Assembly: GCF_035084215.1 (NCBI RefSeq)
Contig: NC_090336.1
Coordinates: forward strand, 23,622,001 to 23,686,000
Direction: 5' to 3'
DNA: 64,000 nt
Origin: Heptranchias perlo
Lineage: Eukaryota
The notes under the pieces were generated by a model. That model made no database searches. It was given only the letters and a program-made list of their open reading frames with translations, and had not been told where the DNA came from. Shown here piece after piece: positions 60,890-64,000 of this stretch (position 1 is the stretch's first letter; every line of letters starts with the position of its first letter). The translations under genes were made by a program, and so were the position numbers.

Positions 60890-62796
60890 GGCTAAATATA
60901 GGAAGTTCAGAGGAGCAGTGAAAAAGGAAATAAGAGGGGCAAAGAGAGAGTATGAGAATAGACTGGCGGCCAACATAAAGGGGAATCCAAAAGTTTTCTA
61001 TAGGCATGTAAACAGTAAATGGGTAATAAGAGGAGGGGTGTGGCTGATTAGGGACCAAAAGGGAGATCTACTCATGGAGGCAGAAGGCATGGCCAAGCTA
61101 CTAAATGAGTACTTTGCATCTGTCTTTACCAAGGAAGAAGATGCTGTCAGAGTCTCAGTAAAGGAAGATGTAGTTGAGATACTGGATGGGCTAATAATTG
61201 ATAAACAACAGGTACTATAAAGACCAGCTGTACTTAAAGTAGATAAGTCACCCGGTCCGGATGGGATGCATCCTAGGTTGCTGAGGGAAGTAAGGGTGGA
61301 AATTGTGGAGGTACTGGCCATAATCTTCCAAACATCCGTAGATACAGGGGTGGTGCCAGAGGACTGGAGAATTGCAAATGTTACACCCTTGTTCAGAAAA
61401 GGGTGTAAGGATAAACCCAGCAAATATAGGCTAGTCAGTTTAACCTCAGTGGTGGGGAAACTTTTAGAAACCATAATCCAGGACAGAATTAGCAGTCACT
61501 TGGACAAGTGTGGATTGATTAGGGAAAGCCAGCACGGATTTGTTAAATCATGTTTAACTAATTTGAAACAGAGTTTTTTGATGAGGTAATAGAGAGGGTT
61601 GATGTGGTGTATATGGACTTTCAAAGGGCATTTGATAAAGTGCCACATAATAGGCTTGTCATCAAGAATGAAGCACATGGAATAAAGGGGGGAAATAGCA
61701 ACATGGATACAACATTGGCTAAGTGACAGGAAGCAGAGTAGTGGTGAACAGATGTTTTTCGGATTGGAGGGAAGTGTACAGTTGTGTTCCCTAGGGGTTG
61801 GTACTGGGATCACTGCTTTTCTTGATATATATTAATGACTTGGACTTGGGTGTACAGGGCACAATTTCCAAATTTGCAGATGACACAAAATTTGGACGTG
61901 TAGTGTACAGTGAGGCGGCTAGTGATAGACTTCAAGAGGATATAGATAGGCTGGTGGAATGGACGGACACGTGGCAGATGAAATTTAATGCAGAAAAATG
62001 CTAAGTGATACATTTTGCTAGGAGGAACGAGGAGAGGCAATATAAACTAGAGGGCAGTATTCTAAAAAGGGTACAGGAACAGAGAGATCTGGGGGTATAT
62101 GTGCACAAATCGTTGAAAGTGGCAGGGCAGATTGAGAAAGTGGTTAAAAAAGCATACGGGATATTGGGCTTTATAAATAGAGGCATGGAGTACAAAATCA
62201 AGGAAGTCATGATGAACCTTTATAAAACTATGGTTCGACCACAACTGGAGTATTGTGCCCAGTTCTGGGTACTGCACTTTAGGAAAGATGTGAAGGCCTT
62301 AGAGAGGGTGCAGAGGAGATTTACTAGAATAATTCCAGGGATGAGGGACTTTAGTTACATGGATAGACTGGAGAGGCTGGGATTGTTCTCCTTGGAACAG
62401 AGAAGGTTGAGAGGAGATTTGATGGAGGTATTCAAAATCATGAAGGGTCGAGACAAAATAGATAGAGAGAAACTGTTCCCATTGGTGGAAGGGTTAAGAA
62501 CCAGAGGGCGTAGATTGAAGGTGATTGGCAAAAGAACCAAAGGTGACATGAGGAAAAACTTTTTTATGCAGCGAGTGGTTAGGATCTGGAATGCAGTGCC
62601 CGAGGGTGGTTGAGGCAGATTTAATCATGGCTTTCAAAATTGAATTGGATAAGTACATGAAAGAAAAAAACTTGCAGGGCTACAGGGATAGGGCAGGGAG
62701 TGGGATTAGCTGGATTGCTCTTGCATAGAGCTGGCATTGACTCGATGGGCCGAATGGCCTCCTTCCCCGCTGTAACCTTTCTATCATTCTATGATT
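60890..62796 (+). mobile_element. 5'-truncated CR1 LINE, decayed
   Basis: NPKVFYRH, PEDWRIANVTPLF, FADD, PQLEYCAQFW; tail TTCTATCATTCTATGATT. Confidence 0.95.
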
Positions 62797-63065
62797 TTAT
62801 AACAGTTTCCACCGTGATCATCTTATTGGCTTCGTAGCACATGTTGAAACTGAACTTTCTCGTAATTAATTAATTGAGATCAGTTTCATGCTGTTCTTGT
62901 CAAAGGATTTGGTTATTTAGCACCAATTAATCATTAAATAATGACTGAGTCCAAATTAAAATATTAATTAATTTGATTGAAATTGAATCAAGCTTCAAAG
63001 AAAGAACTGTAAAGAGAGGAAAACATTAGACAAGTTATTCTGTAAATCGATATATGAAAAATATT

Positions 63066-63620
63066 ACATATGAACATATGAATATGAAAATGACGGGCAG
63101 GAAAAGACCTGCTCATCCATCAAGCCTGCCCCACGCTCACGATGCCTGAACACTTCCTGCCCCCCGACCCTCCTTCCCCAACAGCCATGTAATCTCCTGG
63201 GAGAGGCAAAAAAACAGAATAAGTAAAACAGGACCAAAAAGAGGGAAGAAATTTCTCTCCGGCCTCCTCAGGTGATTGAAACCAGTCCAGGAGACCATAT
63301 TGACCATGTGTATATTAACTGTTAAATCACTCGCCTTCTACATGATGCAATCTCTGCCCTTGCCTATAACTAATCCAGCTCCCTCTTGAAGGCATGCAGA
63401 GAGTCAGCGCACACTGCACCAGCCAGCAACGTATTCCAATGGTTAACTACTCTCTGGGAAAAGAAGAACCGCCTAATACCTAGCCTATTCTTACTCTTGC
63501 ATAGTATAAGTGCATGACCCCTGGACCGGCCCAATCTGCTAAATGAAATAATCTATCTGTAGGCACACAATCCAGCCCTTTCGTTATTTTAAACACCTCT
63601 ATCATGTCACCTCTAAGTCT
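63066..63620 (-). mobile_element. CR1-like 3'-end fragment of another subfamily
   Basis: Minus strand reads RLRGDMIEVFKI..RGHALIL..RRFFFSQRVVNHWN; repeated CATATGAA tail at ~63066-63090. Confidence 0.7.
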
Positions 63621-64000
63621 AATGCTATACTTTCATACTTTTAAGTCAACTTTTTTTCATTATAAATGTTTATGTCCACATTTATGATGGAAAAAGTCCT
63701 ATGTAAACTTGTCACGTAATGGCACAATATGGGGACTTTGTAGCTGTTTTTATACATTATTAGAGACTCAGTCTGCCATGTTGTTTTCTCTTCAGGTAAG
63801 TTTGACTTTTTTTAACACTTAAATTTTAAATTTTTCATATTTTTTAGGCTCTTCCTGCCATACAGCCTTCCGACTCCCCTTCTGCTTGCTGAATTTTTGG
63901 TTGTTTAGGTCCTGCTGACTGCTGTCCTGTTCACTTCACAATTCCCCCTCACTCCCAACTAAACCAGCCACCTTCTCTTTCGCATTGGGACGTTCTCTGA

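Noticed and set aside
55959-64000. fads2 exon 2
   Set aside because: No DAFxAFH..LLIGEL-type exon was found on the plus strand, so it must lie beyond the window.

Overview
Vertebrate genomic DNA, most likely a cartilaginous fish (inferred from CR1-dominated repeats, Deu-domain SINEs and a retained fads1 next to fads2). The window holds the head-to-head fatty acyl desaturase pair. fads1 lies on the minus strand: coding exons 1-9 are intact (29595 down to 2130, with one GC-AG intron), and only a damaged exon-10-like fragment is visible at 209-274. fads2 exon 1 lies on the plus strand (55752-55958) behind an NF-Y/SRE promoter module. About 17 kb of the 26-kb intergenic interval is one LTR retroelement (36206-53282; 5-bp TSD CCTTT, tRNA-Arg PBS, PPT). 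It has a decayed gag and no visible pol. After removing nested MITE/CR1 insertions it shows three tandem, mutually homologous, fusion-glycoprotein-like (env) modules but only one C-terminal transmembrane segment; this is the most unusual signal in the window. Also present are a tRNA-headed single-ORF LINE inside the 3' LTR, a decayed Vingi/Ingi-like LINE containing a Penelope-type palindrome with a minimal hammerhead ribozyme, a large TGATCA-based satellite in fads1 intron 1, several minisatellites and many CR1/SINE fragments. All alignments were done by eye, and family names need database confirmation.
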